Shown piece after piece: positions 41,925 to 53,161 of a stretch of 64,000 nt of DNA (within the stretch, counting starts at the first letter, position 1; each line of letters starts with the position of its first letter). Where the stretch lies: contig CAVTTE010000013.1 in NCBI GenBank assembly GCA_963737605.1, forward strand, positions 75,282-139,281, given 5' to 3'. Both the position numbers and the translations under genes were made by a program. The notes under the pieces were generated by a model. That model searched no databases. It saw nothing but the letters and a program-made list of their open reading frames with translations, and was not told the origin of the DNA. Source of the DNA: an uncultured Actinomycetes bacterium. GTDB lineage: Bacteria > Actinomycetota > Acidimicrobiia > IMCC26256 > JACDBD01.

Positions 41925-42704
41925 TCAGCTGCCCGTGTACCGCGGCGCGCGATCTTCGCCACGCGCGACGCGTAGCTCCGCGATGTCGTCGCTCTTGTTG
42001 ATGAACGTCTGGTAGATCATCTCGTCGGCCATCGACGACCGAATCGCCGGGACCGCCAGATGCCGGATGACCTCCCGGGCCATCTTCACGGTGACCGCCG
42101 GGAGGAAAGCAACGTGCTCGGCGATCTCCCGAACGGTCGTGTCGAGCTCGTCCTCGGATACGACGCGGCTCACGACGCCGTGCGTGAGTGCCTCGTCGGC
42201 GGTGAGCACCCGGCTCGTGAGCACGAGGTCGCTGGCGAGGCCGGCGCCGGCCATCTCGAACAACGCCCCCATGCCGCCCGTGTCGGGAATGACCCCGTAC
42301 GTCAGCTCGGGAAGGCGAAAGCGCGCCCCTTCGGCGGCGACGCGCACGTCGCACAACAGCGCACGCTGGAACGACGCACCCATCACCCAGCCCTTGCAGG
42401 CGACGATCACCGGCGCATCGAGGTCCCACAGCTGCTGGATGCCCCGATGCCCCCGGCGCATCAGCTCGTGATGCGAGACCGGCGTCTCGTGCGCGCCGAT
42501 CGCGCTCACATCACGACCGGACGAGAACGACTTGCCTTCGCCCCGCCAGACGACAGCTCGGACCTCGGGGCGGTTCCGCAACTCGGCGAAGATCGCGAAG
42601 AGGCGTTCGTCCATCTCGTCGTCGAACGCGTTGTGCTTCTCAGGGTTGTCGTTGGTCACGATCGCGATCGGGCCGTCGACCTCGAGCCGCACTCGGTCGC
42701 TCAT
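41925..42704 (-). CDS. Enoyl-CoA hydratase/isomerase family protein
   Basis: NPEKHNAF, SFSSGRD, CDVRVAAEGARFRLPELTYGVIPDTGG. Confidence 0.9.
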   Translation of the reverse strand: MSDRVRLEVDGPIAIVTNDNPEKHNAFDDEMDERLFAIFAELRNRPEVRAVVWRGEGKSFSSGRDVSAIGAHETPVSHHELMRRGHRGIQQLWDLDAPVIVACKGWVMGASFQRALLCDVRVAAEGARFRLPELTYGVIPDTGGMGALFEMAGAGLASDLVLTSRVLTADEALTHGVVSRVVSEDELDTTVREIAEHVAFLPAVTVKMAREVIRHLAVPAIRSSMADEMIYQTFINKSDDIAELRVARGEDRAPRYTGS

Positions 42705-42818
42705 CGATGACACACCCCGGTTGAGAGTCTGCGGAACGGCACCGTACCGGAGACTGCCGCCGTCGACGAGATGAACGCGTCGGTTCCCGCGCCCTAGCCG
42801 GTACGCTCGACGGCTCCC

Positions 42819-42890
42819 GGCGGCGTAGCCGAGTGGCACAGGCAGAGGTCTGCAAAACCTTGTACGCGGGTTCGATTCCCGCCGCCGCCT
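42819..42890 (+). tRNA. tRNA-Cys (GCA), CCA not encoded
   Basis: Acceptor GGCGGCG/CGCCGCC with U discriminator; D-arm AGCCGAGTGG; anticodon loop CT-GCA-AA (GCA at 42852-42854); T-loop GGTTCGATTCC. Confidence 0.97.
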
Positions 42891-42942
42891 CGAACCCAGG
42901 CGCCCAGCCACGAACGAACCTGTGCTGACACACTGCGGGCGC

Positions 42943-43395
42943 ATGGTTCCGTCACTCCTGCTCCAGCAGCTTCGACAGGCACGCGACCTGGCCGATCGCC
43001 ATTACGCCGAGCCGCTGGATCTCGAGGCGCTGGCGGCCGCGGCACACGTGTCGAGGTACCACTTCGGCCGGTGCTTCGCCGAGACCTACGGCGAGACGCC
43101 CATGCGCTACCTGACCCGGCGACGGATCGAGCGCGCCCAGGACCTGTTCCGATCCGCGAACCTCACCGTGACGGAGGTGTGCATGCTGGTCGGCTTTTCC
43201 AGCCTCGGTTCGCTTTCGTCGCGCTTTCGCGAGCTGGTGGGCGAGTCGCCGACGGCGTATCGCGACCGGTGGGCCGCTCGAGGCGGGCCGCACATCCCGG
43301 GCTGCTTCCTGTTCATGCGGGGTGTTGACCGGTGGCAGATGAAGGACCGCAATCTCGGAGAAGCCTCTCGGCCGACCGATCCGCAAGGTGCTCGC
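42943..43395 (+). CDS. AraC family regulator (HTH only); in frame with the next gene in this sequence
   Basis: ARDLADRHYAEPLDLEALA...YGETPMRYLTRRRIERA...VGFSSLGS...PHIPGCF. Confidence 0.88.
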
Positions 43396-43833
43396 ATGAT
43401 TACGAACGTTTCGCTCGCGACGGTGTGGGTCAACGACCAAGACGAGGCCAAGGCCTTCTACGTCGACAAGCTGGGTTTCCACGAAGGGTCGGACGTGGCG
43501 ATGGGCGACGGCTACCGCTGGGTCACCGTCATTCACGCCGACCACCCCGAGATGCAGCTCACGCTCATGCGCCCGGGCCCCCCGCTCGATGACGAGGACG
43601 CCGCTGCGTTTCGGCGCATGCTCGACAAGGGCTCCCTCGGAGCCGTCGGCCTGGCCACGGACGATTGCCATCAGACGTACGAGGAGCTGAGCGCCAAGGG
43701 CGTGACCTACGTGCAGGAGCCGGCGGACCGTCCCTACGGCGTCGAAGCGATACAGCGCGACAACTCGGGCAACTGGCTCGTGCTCGTCGAGCCGAAACCG
43801 TTCAACCCCGCAGACTTTGCGTCTGGCGCGTAA
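43396..43833 (+). CDS. VOC family protein
   Basis: MITNVSLATVWVNDQDEAKAFYVDKLGF...RPYGVEAIQRDNSGNW. Confidence 0.9.
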   Translation: MITNVSLATVWVNDQDEAKAFYVDKLGFHEGSDVAMGDGYRWVTVIHADHPEMQLTLMRPGPPLDDEDAAAFRRMLDKGSLGAVGLATDDCHQTYEELSAKGVTYVQEPADRPYGVEAIQRDNSGNWLVLVEPKPFNPADFASGA

Positions 43834-43843
43834 GTCGGCGCCG

Positions 43844-44506
43844 ATGGCGACCGCGCTCCACATCTTCGATTGTGACGGCGTGCTGGTCGACAGCGAAGTT
43901 CTGGCGACCCGTATCGAGTCGCAGCTCCTCCGCGACGTCGGTGTCGAGCTCACACCTGAATCGATTGCCGCCGCGTTCGTCGGGATCTCCGACGCCGAGA
44001 TGCACGATCGCATCGAAGCCGATTGGGGTGTCACGTTGCCCGAGGATTTCACCGTGACAAGGGCTGGACTGCTCGACGAGGTCTTCCGCACCGAGCTGCG
44101 GGCGGTCGCGGGCATTGCAGGCGTCCTCGAGGCACTCGACGAACCGCGATGTGTCGCATCGTCGAGCTCACCGGATCGCATCAGGACGTCGCTTGCCGTG
44201 ACGGGCCTCGACAGCTTCTTCGGCCCCCATGTCTTCTCGGCCAGCAGCGTCGAGAGAGGCAAGCCGGTGCCAGACCTCTTCCTCTACGCGGCGGACGCCA
44301 TGCAGACCGACCCCGCCCGATGCGTCGTCATCGAAGACAGCACGCCCGGCGTTGCGGCGGGACGCGCCGCCGGCATGCAGGTGGTCGGTTTCACCGGCGC
44401 CAGCCATTGCGTCCCGATGCTCTCCGACCAGCTCCGGGAAGCCGGTGCGCACACGATCGCCCCGGACGCCGATGCCCTCCTCGACGTGTTGACCCGCTCC
44501 GCGTGA
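43844..44506 (+). CDS. HAD-IA family phosphatase
   Basis: IFDCDGVLVDSE, GKPVPDLF, VIEDSTPGV. Confidence 0.92.
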   Translation: MATALHIFDCDGVLVDSEVLATRIESQLLRDVGVELTPESIAAAFVGISDAEMHDRIEADWGVTLPEDFTVTRAGLLDEVFRTELRAVAGIAGVLEALDEPRCVASSSSPDRIRTSLAVTGLDSFFGPHVFSASSVERGKPVPDLFLYAADAMQTDPARCVVIEDSTPGVAAGRAAGMQVVGFTGASHCVPMLSDQLREAGAHTIAPDADALLDVLTRSA

Positions 44507-44601
44507 CACTCCTCGGCTTCGACGCTTGACGCGCTCGGTACCCGGCTACAGGTAGGAAAGTCCACGGGGCCGCGGGGACGCCGGACGAACAGGGCGCGAA
44601 G

Positions 44602-45624
44602 ATGAGCGCCTTGCACACCGGGGGAAGGGGCGGCCTCAAGCTTGCGGCGTGGCCCATCGCGCTCGTCGTCGGCGCGCTCGGGGTCGCGGCGTGGTCCACT
44701 CCACCGGCCGCACCGGACTCGTTCGCGCGCGGCCGCCGGCCGAAGGCCGCGCCCATGGGCACACACGCGGTCGGTCGCCTCGAACAGACCTTCGTCGACG
44801 ATTCCCGCCCCACCAAGGCGAAGCAAGGATTCGGGGGCGCGCCGAACCGCACCTTGCACACCACCATCTACTACCCGGCCCGGGGGAAGTCGGGGGACGC
44901 TGTCACGCCGGACGCGACGCCCGACCGCAAGGACGGCCCCTACCCGATGATCCTGTACAGCCACGGGCACAACTCGTTCGGCGCCGAGTTCGAGCCCCTG
45001 CTGCGCCAGTGGGCATCGGCCGGCTACGTCATCGCGGCGCCCGACTATCCGTTGTCGAACAAGAACGCGCCCGGAGGCGCGGACGGGTCCGATCTCGGCG
45101 AGCAGCCCGCCGATGCCCGCTTCGTCATCGACCGGCTGCTCGAGTCGAGCTCGAAACGCTCGGGTCAGCTGTCACAGTTGATCGACGCCAATGACGTTGG
45201 CGCGTCGGGCCACTCGCTCGGCGCGCTCACGACGTACCGCCTCGTGTACGAGACATGCTGCGCCGACAATCGGGTCAAGGCAGCGGCGCCAATGTCCGGG
45301 GTCGCAGGGGGCCCGCCGGAGTTCTTCACCGGTATCCCTACGCCATTGCTGGCCGAGCACGGCGACGCCGACGGCGCGATCCCTCACCAAGCCGGCGCAG
45401 CCACTTTCGCCAACGCAAGCCCGCCGAAGTTCTTTCTCACATTGATCGGCGGAGCGCACACGCCTCCGTATCGCGGTGCGGCCGATCCTGCACCCGCAAC
45501 AGTTGCGCACGTAACATTGGACTTCTTCGACCGCTACCTGAAGAACGATCGGAGCGCGCTCGAGCAGCTACGCCAAGATGCCGACCGGCCCGGCGTGGCG
45601 ACGCTTCAGGAGCAAGCGCGGTGA
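44602..45624 (+). CDS. Secreted alpha/beta hydrolase (chlorophyllase/PAF-AH-like)
   Basis: Signal peptide; YPMILYSHG, nucleophile GHSLG, HGDAD, GAH. Confidence 0.85.
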   Translation: MSALHTGGRGGLKLAAWPIALVVGALGVAAWSTPPAAPDSFARGRRPKAAPMGTHAVGRLEQTFVDDSRPTKAKQGFGGAPNRTLHTTIYYPARGKSGDAVTPDATPDRKDGPYPMILYSHGHNSFGAEFEPLLRQWASAGYVIAAPDYPLSNKNAPGGADGSDLGEQPADARFVIDRLLESSSKRSGQLSQLIDANDVGASGHSLGALTTYRLVYETCCADNRVKAAAPMSGVAGGPPEFFTGIPTPLLAEHGDADGAIPHQAGAATFANASPPKFFLTLIGGAHTPPYRGAADPAPATVAHVTLDFFDRYLKNDRSALEQLRQDADRPGVATLQEQAR

Positions 45625-45648
45625 CCGGCCCATGACCGGAGGGGAACG

Positions 45649-46749
45649 ATGATCGAGGCCCGAAAGCCACGCCGCTGGCGCGCTCGCCTGGCCGCCGTGA
45701 CGGTGGTGGCCGGCGTGCTCACCGCGGGCGCCGGCATCACCGCGCCCGCCGTCACCGCGACCGCGCCGAGCAAGGCCCGGCCCCCGAAAGTCGCGGCGAT
45801 CGGGAAGTACGCCGTGGGCATGAGAACTGAGACGTTCGTCGACAGCAGCCGACCCACCGACGCGAATGGCGATGTACCGGGTACGCCGACCCGCACGCTC
45901 CTCACCGCCATCTACTACCCCGCGCAGGGCGCTCCCACCGAGAAGCCCGTCGAGAACGCCCCACCCGACACGAAGAACAGTCCGTACCCGCTCATCCTGT
46001 TCAGCCACGGGCTCGGCGCCCGCGGCGTGTACTACGAGAACGTCATCAAGACCTGGGTCTCGGCGGGGTACGTCGTCGCCGCGCCCGACTATCCGCTGTC
46101 GAATGCGAACGCGCCGGGCGGCGCCAACTTCGGCCGAGCCGTCGCCGACACGAAGAACCAACCAGCTGACGCAAGTTTTGTGATTGACCAGGTGATCAAG
46201 CTGAACAAGCAGAAGGGCGGACTCGGCGGGATCGTCGACCCGAAGCGCATCGGCGCATCGGGTCACTCGCTCGGAGGCATCACGACCTACGGGCTCGCCT
46301 ACAGCGCGCTGCTGCACGCGACAAGCGCATCAAGGCGGCCATCCCGATGTCGGGCATCGTCGGCGTTGTCGAGAGCGCCGATCAGTACTTCAAGAATGGC
46401 GCCACTCCGCTCCTGAGCCTGCACGGAAACGCCGACCCCGTCCTGCCCTACTCGGCCGATATGAACGGCTTCGCGCGGGCGCAGCCGCCGAAGTACTTCC
46501 TGACCTTCCTCGGCGCCGGACACGTCCAACCGTTCCTCGGGGGCGACAACCCCTCGGCGGTTGCGCTCAAGCAGTCGACGATCGACTTCTTCAACCGCTA
46601 CCTCAAGGACGACAAGGCCGCGCTCGAAAAGCTGCGCCAGCACGCCAACGTGCCGGGGCGGTCGACCCTCGAGGAGCATCCCGACGAGCACGGCGACGGC
46701 CGGCGCGCCGACGAGCACGACGAAGAAGTCGACCCGCCCGAGCAGCTGA
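45649..46749 (+). CDS. Secreted alpha/beta hydrolase, tandem paralog (indels)
   Basis: Signal peptide; YPLILFSHG, GHSLG, HGNAD, GAGH; Thr-rich tail. Confidence 0.85.
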
Positions 46750-46773
46750 CGCGGCGAGGAAGGTTGGGGGGCC

Positions 46774-48714
46774 GTGGGGGGCCGCACCGCGAGGCGCGCA
46801 GTCACGTGTCTCGCTGTCGCGGGCGCGCTCGTCTCGACGGGTGTCACGGCCGCGGCGGAGCCGCGTTCCCCGGCGAAGCCGATCAGCCGCTGCGACTGGC
46901 CGATGTGGGGCCAGCGCATCGAGCGGCCGTTCGCGTCTCCGTGCCCCACCCAGCTCAGCCCGCAGACGGCGAAGGACCTGAAGCAGATCTGGTTCTTCAA
47001 CGCCAAGGACACCGTGACCGCGACGCCCGCGGTGGTCGACGGCGTCGCGTACGTCGGTGACTGGTCGGGCAACTTCTACGCGATCGACCTCGAGACGGGG
47101 AAGCCACGCTGGACCTACCAGGCGCACGTGCACGGCCAGGTGTACGCGGGGCAGATCGTCTCCTCGGCCGCGGTCGCCGACGTGAAGGGCGTGCGCACCG
47201 TGTTCTTCGCCGGCGGCAAGACGCTGTATGCGCTGCGGGCCGACGACGGCCGCGAGCGCTGGAAGCACGAGGTGGGCCGCCGCGGCGACGACAACGACCC
47301 CAGCGAGATCGAATCGTCCCCCGTCGTCGCCGACGGCATGGTCGTCTTCGGCACAGACGTGCACAACAGCGGGAACGGCGAGCCCGCGGCCGTGATCGCC
47401 GTGGACGCCGCCACCGGCAAGGCGCGCTGGACCACCGTGACCGCCCCGACCGAGGGTGAGGGCGCGACCGGTCCCGGGTGCGGCGACGTGTGGGGCTCGG
47501 CCGACCGTCGACCCGGCGGCGAAGCTCGTCTTCGTCGGGACCGGGAACTGCACCAGCAGCCCCGACGGCTACGGGCGATTCGCGGAGGCGATCGTCGCAC
47601 TCGACCTCGGTTCGGGCGCGGTGCGCTGGACCTACCAGCCTCACCAGCCCAACCGCGACGACCTCGACTTCGCCGGTGCGCCGAACCTGTTCGACGCCGG
47701 CGGTCGGGCCCTCGTCGGCCTCGGCAACAAGGACGCCGCGTACTACGCAGTCGACCGCGTCGACGGGCGAGCTCGTCTGGCGCACGCAGGTCACCGAGCC
47801 CGGCATCCCGCGGCCGAACACGAACTACTCGACCGGCGGCTTCATCGGCGCGACGGCCGTCGCAGACGGCGTCGTCGTGGGCGGCACCGCTGTCGGCGGG
47901 ACCCCGGCGCTCCACGCGCTCGACGCCGCCACCGGCGCGATCAAGTGGCAGCAGGCCGAAGCCGCCGACACGTACGCGTCGGCCGCCATCGCCAACGGTG
48001 TCGTGTTCCTCGGCAGCACGACCGACTTCACGCTTCCGGGCCCTCGACCTGCAGACCGGTGAGGTTCTCTGGTCGAAGGAGCTTCGTGGCGGCGTCGCCG
48101 GTGGCGCCGCGATCGTGGGCGACGACGTGATCGCGGTGGCCGGGATCCGCGAGCCGGGCGTCGGCAACCGGAATCGCAACAGCGGCGTCTACCGCTTCTC
48201 GCTGCGCGGCAAGCCCGTCGCGTCGGCGCCGACCACGACGAAGCCCCCGCCGCCGACGCCGCCGAACCCACAGGCGGCCGCGCAGGCGTGTGTCGCCGCC
48301 CCGTGCAACCTCAACTTCGACCTCACGAAGGACCGCGTCGCGGACGACACCGGCACCGGCACGGTGCAGGTGTCGCTCGACCCGTTCAAGGTCGTCGTCC
48401 AGGCCGACGGGCTCGGCGATCCGACCCGCTGGCTCCGGCCCGGCAGCGCGGCGCAACAGGCGGGCGCGACGACCTACGCGGTCTACCTGTCGCAAGGGAC
48501 CGACAACCCGGCGGGCGGGCTGGTCTGCACCCTCGACGCCGACAACGACTGCACGGCGACCAAGCTGCCGGGCCGCCGCGGCGCGACGTACGACCGGATC
48601 AGCATCCTCGCGGTCAAGGACCCGAAGAAGCTGCCGTCGCTCGCCGAGGGCTTCGACCGGCTCGTCACGACCAACGCGATCGACATCCCGATCACACCGA
48701 AGGCGAGGAAGTGA
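46774..48714 (+). CDS. Secreted PQQ-type beta-propeller protein (PVA-dehydrogenase-like; indels)
   Basis: CDWPMWG, TATPAVVDGVAYVGDWSG, repeated A-x-D-xx-TG-xxx-W motifs, CGDVWGS, DLDFAGAPNL. Confidence 0.8.
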   Translation: MGGRTARRAVTCLAVAGALVSTGVTAAAEPRSPAKPISRCDWPMWGQRIERPFASPCPTQLSPQTAKDLKQIWFFNAKDTVTATPAVVDGVAYVGDWSGNFYAIDLETGKPRWTYQAHVHGQVYAGQIVSSAAVADVKGVRTVFFAGGKTLYALRADDGRERWKHEVGRRGDDNDPSEIESSPVVADGMVVFGTDVHNSGNGEPAAVIAVDAATGKARWTTVTAPTEGEGATGPGCGDVWGSADRRPGGEARLRRDRELHQQPRRLRAIRGGDRRTRPRFGRGALDLPASPAQPRRPRLRRCAEPVRRRRSGPRRPRQQGRRVLRSRPRRRASSSGARRSPSPASRGRTRTTRPAASSARRPSQTASSWAAPLSAGPRRSTRSTPPPARSSGSRPKPPTRTRRPPSPTVSCSSAARPTSRFRALDLQTGEVLWSKELRGGVAGGAAIVGDDVIAVAGIREPGVGNRNRNSGVYRFSLRGKPVASAPTTTKPPPPTPPNPQAAAQACVAAPCNLNFDLTKDRVADDTGTGTVQVSLDPFKVVVQADGLGDPTRWLRPGSAAQQAGATTYAVYLSQGTDNPAGGLVCTLDADNDCTATKLPGRRGATYDRISILAVKDPKKLPSLAEGFDRLVTTNAIDIPITPKARK

Positions 48715-49863
48715 TGACGCAACGACGTCGACTCCGTCCGATGCTCGTGGGAGCGGTTGCCGCGGTCGCGCTCGTCGCGGCGTGGGCCGCGCCCGGCGGG
48801 ACCACCCGACCCGCACAGACGTCATCGAAGGGGGTCATCGTCTTCAACGGCGAGGGGAACAACCTCAACGCCTATGCCGCGGATCCGCCGTTCACGAAGC
48901 AGAACGTGATCCGCAACCACGACGACGACCCGAACGGGCTCGACATCAATGCCCAGATCTGCTTCTTCCCCGACGGATCGAAGCGCTTCATCGCCGGCGA
49001 GGACACCGGCCAGCCGAACCCGCCCCAGGGCTGGGGGATCTTCCAGCTGAAGGGCGGCACGGTCGGCAAGCTCTCGGCGAAGAAGGTCGGCAAGCTCACG
49101 CCGACGTACCAGCCCAGCAACGACAACGCCGAGAACTACGGGTGTGGGTTCCTGTCCGACGGACGAGTGCTCACGACCGACATCGGCAACCAGGCGTCGG
49201 GCCCCGAGGACGGACAGCTCATCGTGTGGTTCCCGCCGTTCAACACCACCAACGTGCGCTACTGCAAGATCGACGTCGGCATCGCGACGGCGGGCGGCAT
49301 CTACGTCGACTCGAAGAATCGCGTGTACGTCCCGTCGGCGTCGTCCGCCGACCGCGGGGGTGGTGCGGTACAGCGGGCCCTTCCCCACCTCGGACACCGC
49401 CAAGGGCGGTTGCGGCGCGAAGGACGCCACCGGCGCCCCCATGGCGCCGTCGGTGAAGAAGGAGCAGTTCATCGGGCTCGGGAACGGCCTCGCCGCACCG
49501 ATCGCGATCGTGCGGGCGCCGAAGAACGACTTCTATGTCTCCAGCGTGATCAGCGGCGTGATCAACGAGTACGACGCCAACGGCGGCTACGTGCGGACGA
49601 TCCTGCAACCGCCCGCCGGCGAGACCCTCGGCGAGACGACGTTCTCGACCGGGACGCCGCTCGGGCTCGGCGTCGGCCCCGACGGCACGCTGTACTACGC
49701 CGACATCGGGATCACGATCACGAGCGAGGGCATCGGTCCGGGTCCGGAGGGCACGGTGCGCCGGATCCGTTTCGTCAACGGCCAGCCGCAGCCGCCGGAG
49801 ACCATGGGCGGCGGCCTCGCGTTCCCGGACGGCATCGGCGTGTACGCGCCCAAGAAGAAGTGA
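48714..49863 (+). CDS. Secreted beta-propeller protein (NHL/SMP-30-like; one indel)
   Basis: Signal peptide; repeats TAGGIYVDSKNRVYV, TPLGLGVGPDGTLYYAD, GLAFPDGIGV. Confidence 0.65.
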
Positions 49864-50551
49864 GCGACTGAGCCGACGTGGGCGGCTCGGATTGCGAGCA
49901 CATCGGTCAGGGTCTGCTCGCGCAGCCGGCCAACACGCTGTCGAGCCTGGCGTACGTGCTGGCGGGCGTGCTGCTCCTCCGGCGCGCGCTCGCCGGCCGC
50001 GTCCGGGCGCGCGCATCGTGCCGGCCGTGTACGCGGTGACGGTGATCGGCGTCGGAATCGGCAGCGCGGCGTTCCACGGTCCGATGCCGGCATGGGGCCG
50101 CTTCGGGCACGACCTCTCGATTGCCGCGGTGCTCGCGTTCGTCATCGGCTACGACGTGGCGCTCGCCCGTGGCGCTTCGGCGAACGCGGGCCTGGCGATG
50201 TTCGTCGGGATAGCCGGCGCGTGCGCGGTGGTGCTCGCGGTCTCGCCCGACGCCGGCAACGCGCTCGACGCGGTGCTCGTCGCCGGAGCGGTCGTCGCGG
50301 AGATCGGCGCCTCCCGCTCGGCCGCGGGGCGCGCAACGGCCGACGGGCGGCTCTGGATCGCGATCGTCGGCGTGGTCACGATCGGCGCGCTCCTCAACGC
50401 GCTCGGTCGCACCGATGCGCCGCTCTGTGAGCCGGAGAGCCCGGTGCAGCTGCACGCGGTCTGGCACGTGCTCACCGCGTTCGTGCTGTGGCTGTACGGG
50501 TCGGCCGTCTTGGGGCCGCGTGAGCAGGCTCGGCCTAAGATTCGGGCGTGA
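49860..50551 (+). CDS. Ceramidase-like (CREST superfamily) membrane hydrolase (indels)
   Basis: DCE...QPANTLSSLAY; GIGSAAFHG (SxxxH); HDLS; QLHAVWHVL (HxxxH). Confidence 0.75.
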
Positions 50552-51978
50552 CTTCCCCGGTTCGGGTTCTGGCCGTGGGCGCGGCCGCGCCCGCACGGCG
50601 ACTGGCGGCCGCCGACGTCGCCGCCGCCTGGGGTCGCGGCGGCGGGCGGGGCCAGGTCGGGGTGTGCGCCCCCGACGAGGACGTGCTCACGCTGGCGGCG
50701 GAGGCTGCGTCCCGCGCCATGGCGGCCGCCGGGCTCGAGAACGACATCGTGGACGGCCTGTGGTGGGGCACCACCCGTCCGCCCTTCGCCGAGGGGCCGA
50801 GCCACGCCGTCCTGGCCTCGGCGCTGGGGCTGTCGGCGCACTCCGGCGGCGCGCTGTTCTCGGGGTCGCCGCACGCGGGGATGGACGCTCTGCTCGGTGC
50901 GTACGACGCGATCGCCGCCGGGAGCGCACAGGTTGCGCTCGTCGTGGCGGCAGACGCGCTCGTGCCGGGGCCGGGCACCACGTTCGAGGAGCGCGCCGGC
51001 GGGGGCGCGGCTGCCGTCGTGCTCGTCTCGGAGGGCGGCCACGCGTCGCTGCCCGCCCGCGTCACCCGCACACATCCGTTCCTCGACCGCTACCGCTCCG
51101 ACGCCGACGACGGGACGCGCGATCTCTACGACGCGCGCCTGTTCCGGGAGGAGATCTTCCTGCCGGTCGTGCAGGAGGTCGGCGAGCAGCTCGCCGCGCT
51201 CGAGATCGACGAGTGGTCGCTCCCCGACCCCGACGGCCGCCTCGGCGCGACCGCCGCGCGCAAGCTCGGAGGCGGCGCGCCCGCCTCGGCGAGTGTGTAC
51301 GCCGCCATCGGCGACACGGGTGCGGCCGCCCCGCTCCTGGGCGCGCTCGGCTCGCTCGACGCCGCGCGGACCGTCGCCGTCGTCGGCTTCGGTGGAGGAC
51401 GCGCCACCGGGATCGTGATCAACGCCGACGGCCCCGTGCGCGGCGCGGCGACCGTCGGTGACGCGTGGGCCGGCGGTCAGTCGATCTCGTACGCCGAGGC
51501 GTTGCGCGCCCGCGGGCAGCTTCAGGCCGTCGGCGAGACCATCCCGATGGGCGTCCCGCCCGAGAGCGCGCTGTTCGTGCGCGGCGCGGAGGAGATGCTC
51601 GGGCTCCTCGGGGCCCGGTGTGTCGACTGCGGCACGATCAACACTCCGCCGACGATCCACCCGTACTGCATCAGCTGCGGCAGCACGAAGTTCGTGCTGG
51701 TCTCGCTGGCCCGTCGGGGGGTCGTGCACACGTTCGTCGTCAACCACACGATGCCCCCACCGTTCGAGGCGCCGTTGCCCCTGGCCGTCATCGACCTCGC
51801 CGACGGCGCGCGCGTGATGCTGCAGGTGATCGGCGACGGGAGCGACATGCGGATCGGCGCCGAGGTCGAGCTGGTGCTGCGCCGGTACGCCTTCGAACGG
51901 GGCGTGCCCGTCTACGGGTTCAAGGCCCGGACGATCGCGACGCGACCGCGAATCGAGCGAGGAGTAGCGGAGCACGCC
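50548..51978 (+). CDS. HMG-CoA synthase/KAS III-like domain fused to DUF35 Zn-ribbon/OB-fold; in frame with the thiolase in this sequence
   Basis: DEDVLTLAAEA, GGGAAAVVL, IGDTGAA, RCVDCG...CISCG, LVLRRY...YGFKAR. Confidence 0.85.
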
Positions 51979-53154
51979 ATGGGTTGGAATCGCGTAGCCG
52001 TGGCCGGCGCCGGCCTCATCAAGTTCGGTGAGCTGTTCGAGCAGAGCTACGAGCAGATGGCGGCGGGGGCGTTCCAAGCTGCGGTCGCCAACGTCGACCG
52101 GGGCGTCGAGCCGGAGCAGATCGACGCCGTGTTCGTCGCCACCCAGCGGGGGACGCTCTGGGGCCAGGAAGGGATCGGCGGGAACACGGTGCCGACCGCC
52201 ATCGGCCTCGCCGGCGTCCCGTGCACGCGGATCGAGAACGCCTGCCCGTCGGGCTCGGATGCGTTCCGCGTCGGCGCGATGGCCGTGGCGAGCGGGGTGC
52301 ACGACGTCGTCCTCGTCATCGGGGTCGAGAAGATGCGCGACAAGTCGACCGAGGAAGGCCTGCTCTCGCGGGCTGCGGCCGGGCATCCGATCCTGACCCG
52401 GGGTGAGACCGCGCCGGTGCTGTTCGCGCCCTTCGCCACCCGCCACATGAACGACTACGGGACGACGCGCGAGATGCTCGCCTCCGTCGCCGTGAAGAAC
52501 CACCACAACGGCGCCCGCGACCCGTACGCGCACTTCCAGAACGAGATCACGGTCGAGAACGTCCTCGACTCGCCGCCCGTGTGCCATCCGCTGCACCTGC
52601 TCGACTGCTGCCCGCAGACGGACGGCGCCGCGGCCACGATCCTCGTCAACGCCGATCGGGCCGCCGAGTTCACGGACAAGCCCGTGTACGTCGCCGGCTT
52701 CGGCGTCGCCACCGACCACCCGTACCTGCACGAGAAGCAGAGCTTCACCGGCCTCAAGGCCACGACCCTCGCCAGCGAGCGGGCGTACCGGATGGCGGGG
52801 GTCGACCCGAGCCAGATCGACTCGGCCGAGGTGCACGACTGCTTCACCATCACCGAGATCCTCGACGTCGAAGACCTCGGCTTCTTCGACAAGGGCAAGG
52901 GAGGCGTCGCTTCGCTCGAGGGCGAGACCTCGCTCACCGGCCGCATCCCGATCAACACGTCGGGCGGCCTCCTGGCGAAGGGGCACCCGATCGGCGCCAC
53001 CGGCGTCGCCCAGCTCACCGAGTGCTGGTGGCAGCTGCGGGGCGAGGCGGGCGAGCGGCAGGTCGAGATGCGCAACGGGTACGCGCTCCAGCACAACGTG
53101 GGCGGCCGCGGCTCGGGCGTCTCGGTCGTCAACATCCTCACGACCAACCGGTAG
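51979..53154 (+). CDS. Thiolase (SCP2/archaeal-type)
   Basis: IENACPSGSDA, EVHDCFT, NTSGGLLAKGHPIGATG, HNVGG. Confidence 0.92.
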   Translation: MGWNRVAVAGAGLIKFGELFEQSYEQMAAGAFQAAVANVDRGVEPEQIDAVFVATQRGTLWGQEGIGGNTVPTAIGLAGVPCTRIENACPSGSDAFRVGAMAVASGVHDVVLVIGVEKMRDKSTEEGLLSRAAAGHPILTRGETAPVLFAPFATRHMNDYGTTREMLASVAVKNHHNGARDPYAHFQNEITVENVLDSPPVCHPLHLLDCCPQTDGAAATILVNADRAAEFTDKPVYVAGFGVATDHPYLHEKQSFTGLKATTLASERAYRMAGVDPSQIDSAEVHDCFTITEILDVEDLGFFDKGKGGVASLEGETSLTGRIPINTSGGLLAKGHPIGATGVAQLTECWWQLRGEAGERQVEMRNGYALQHNVGGRGSGVSVVNILTTNR

Positions 53155-53161
53155 GCGGCTG

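Noticed and set aside
42819-42890. tRNA-Cys as an integration site for a genomic island
   Set aside because: No integrase in the window, and I saw no duplicate of the tRNA 3' end; downstream genes resemble the host in composition.
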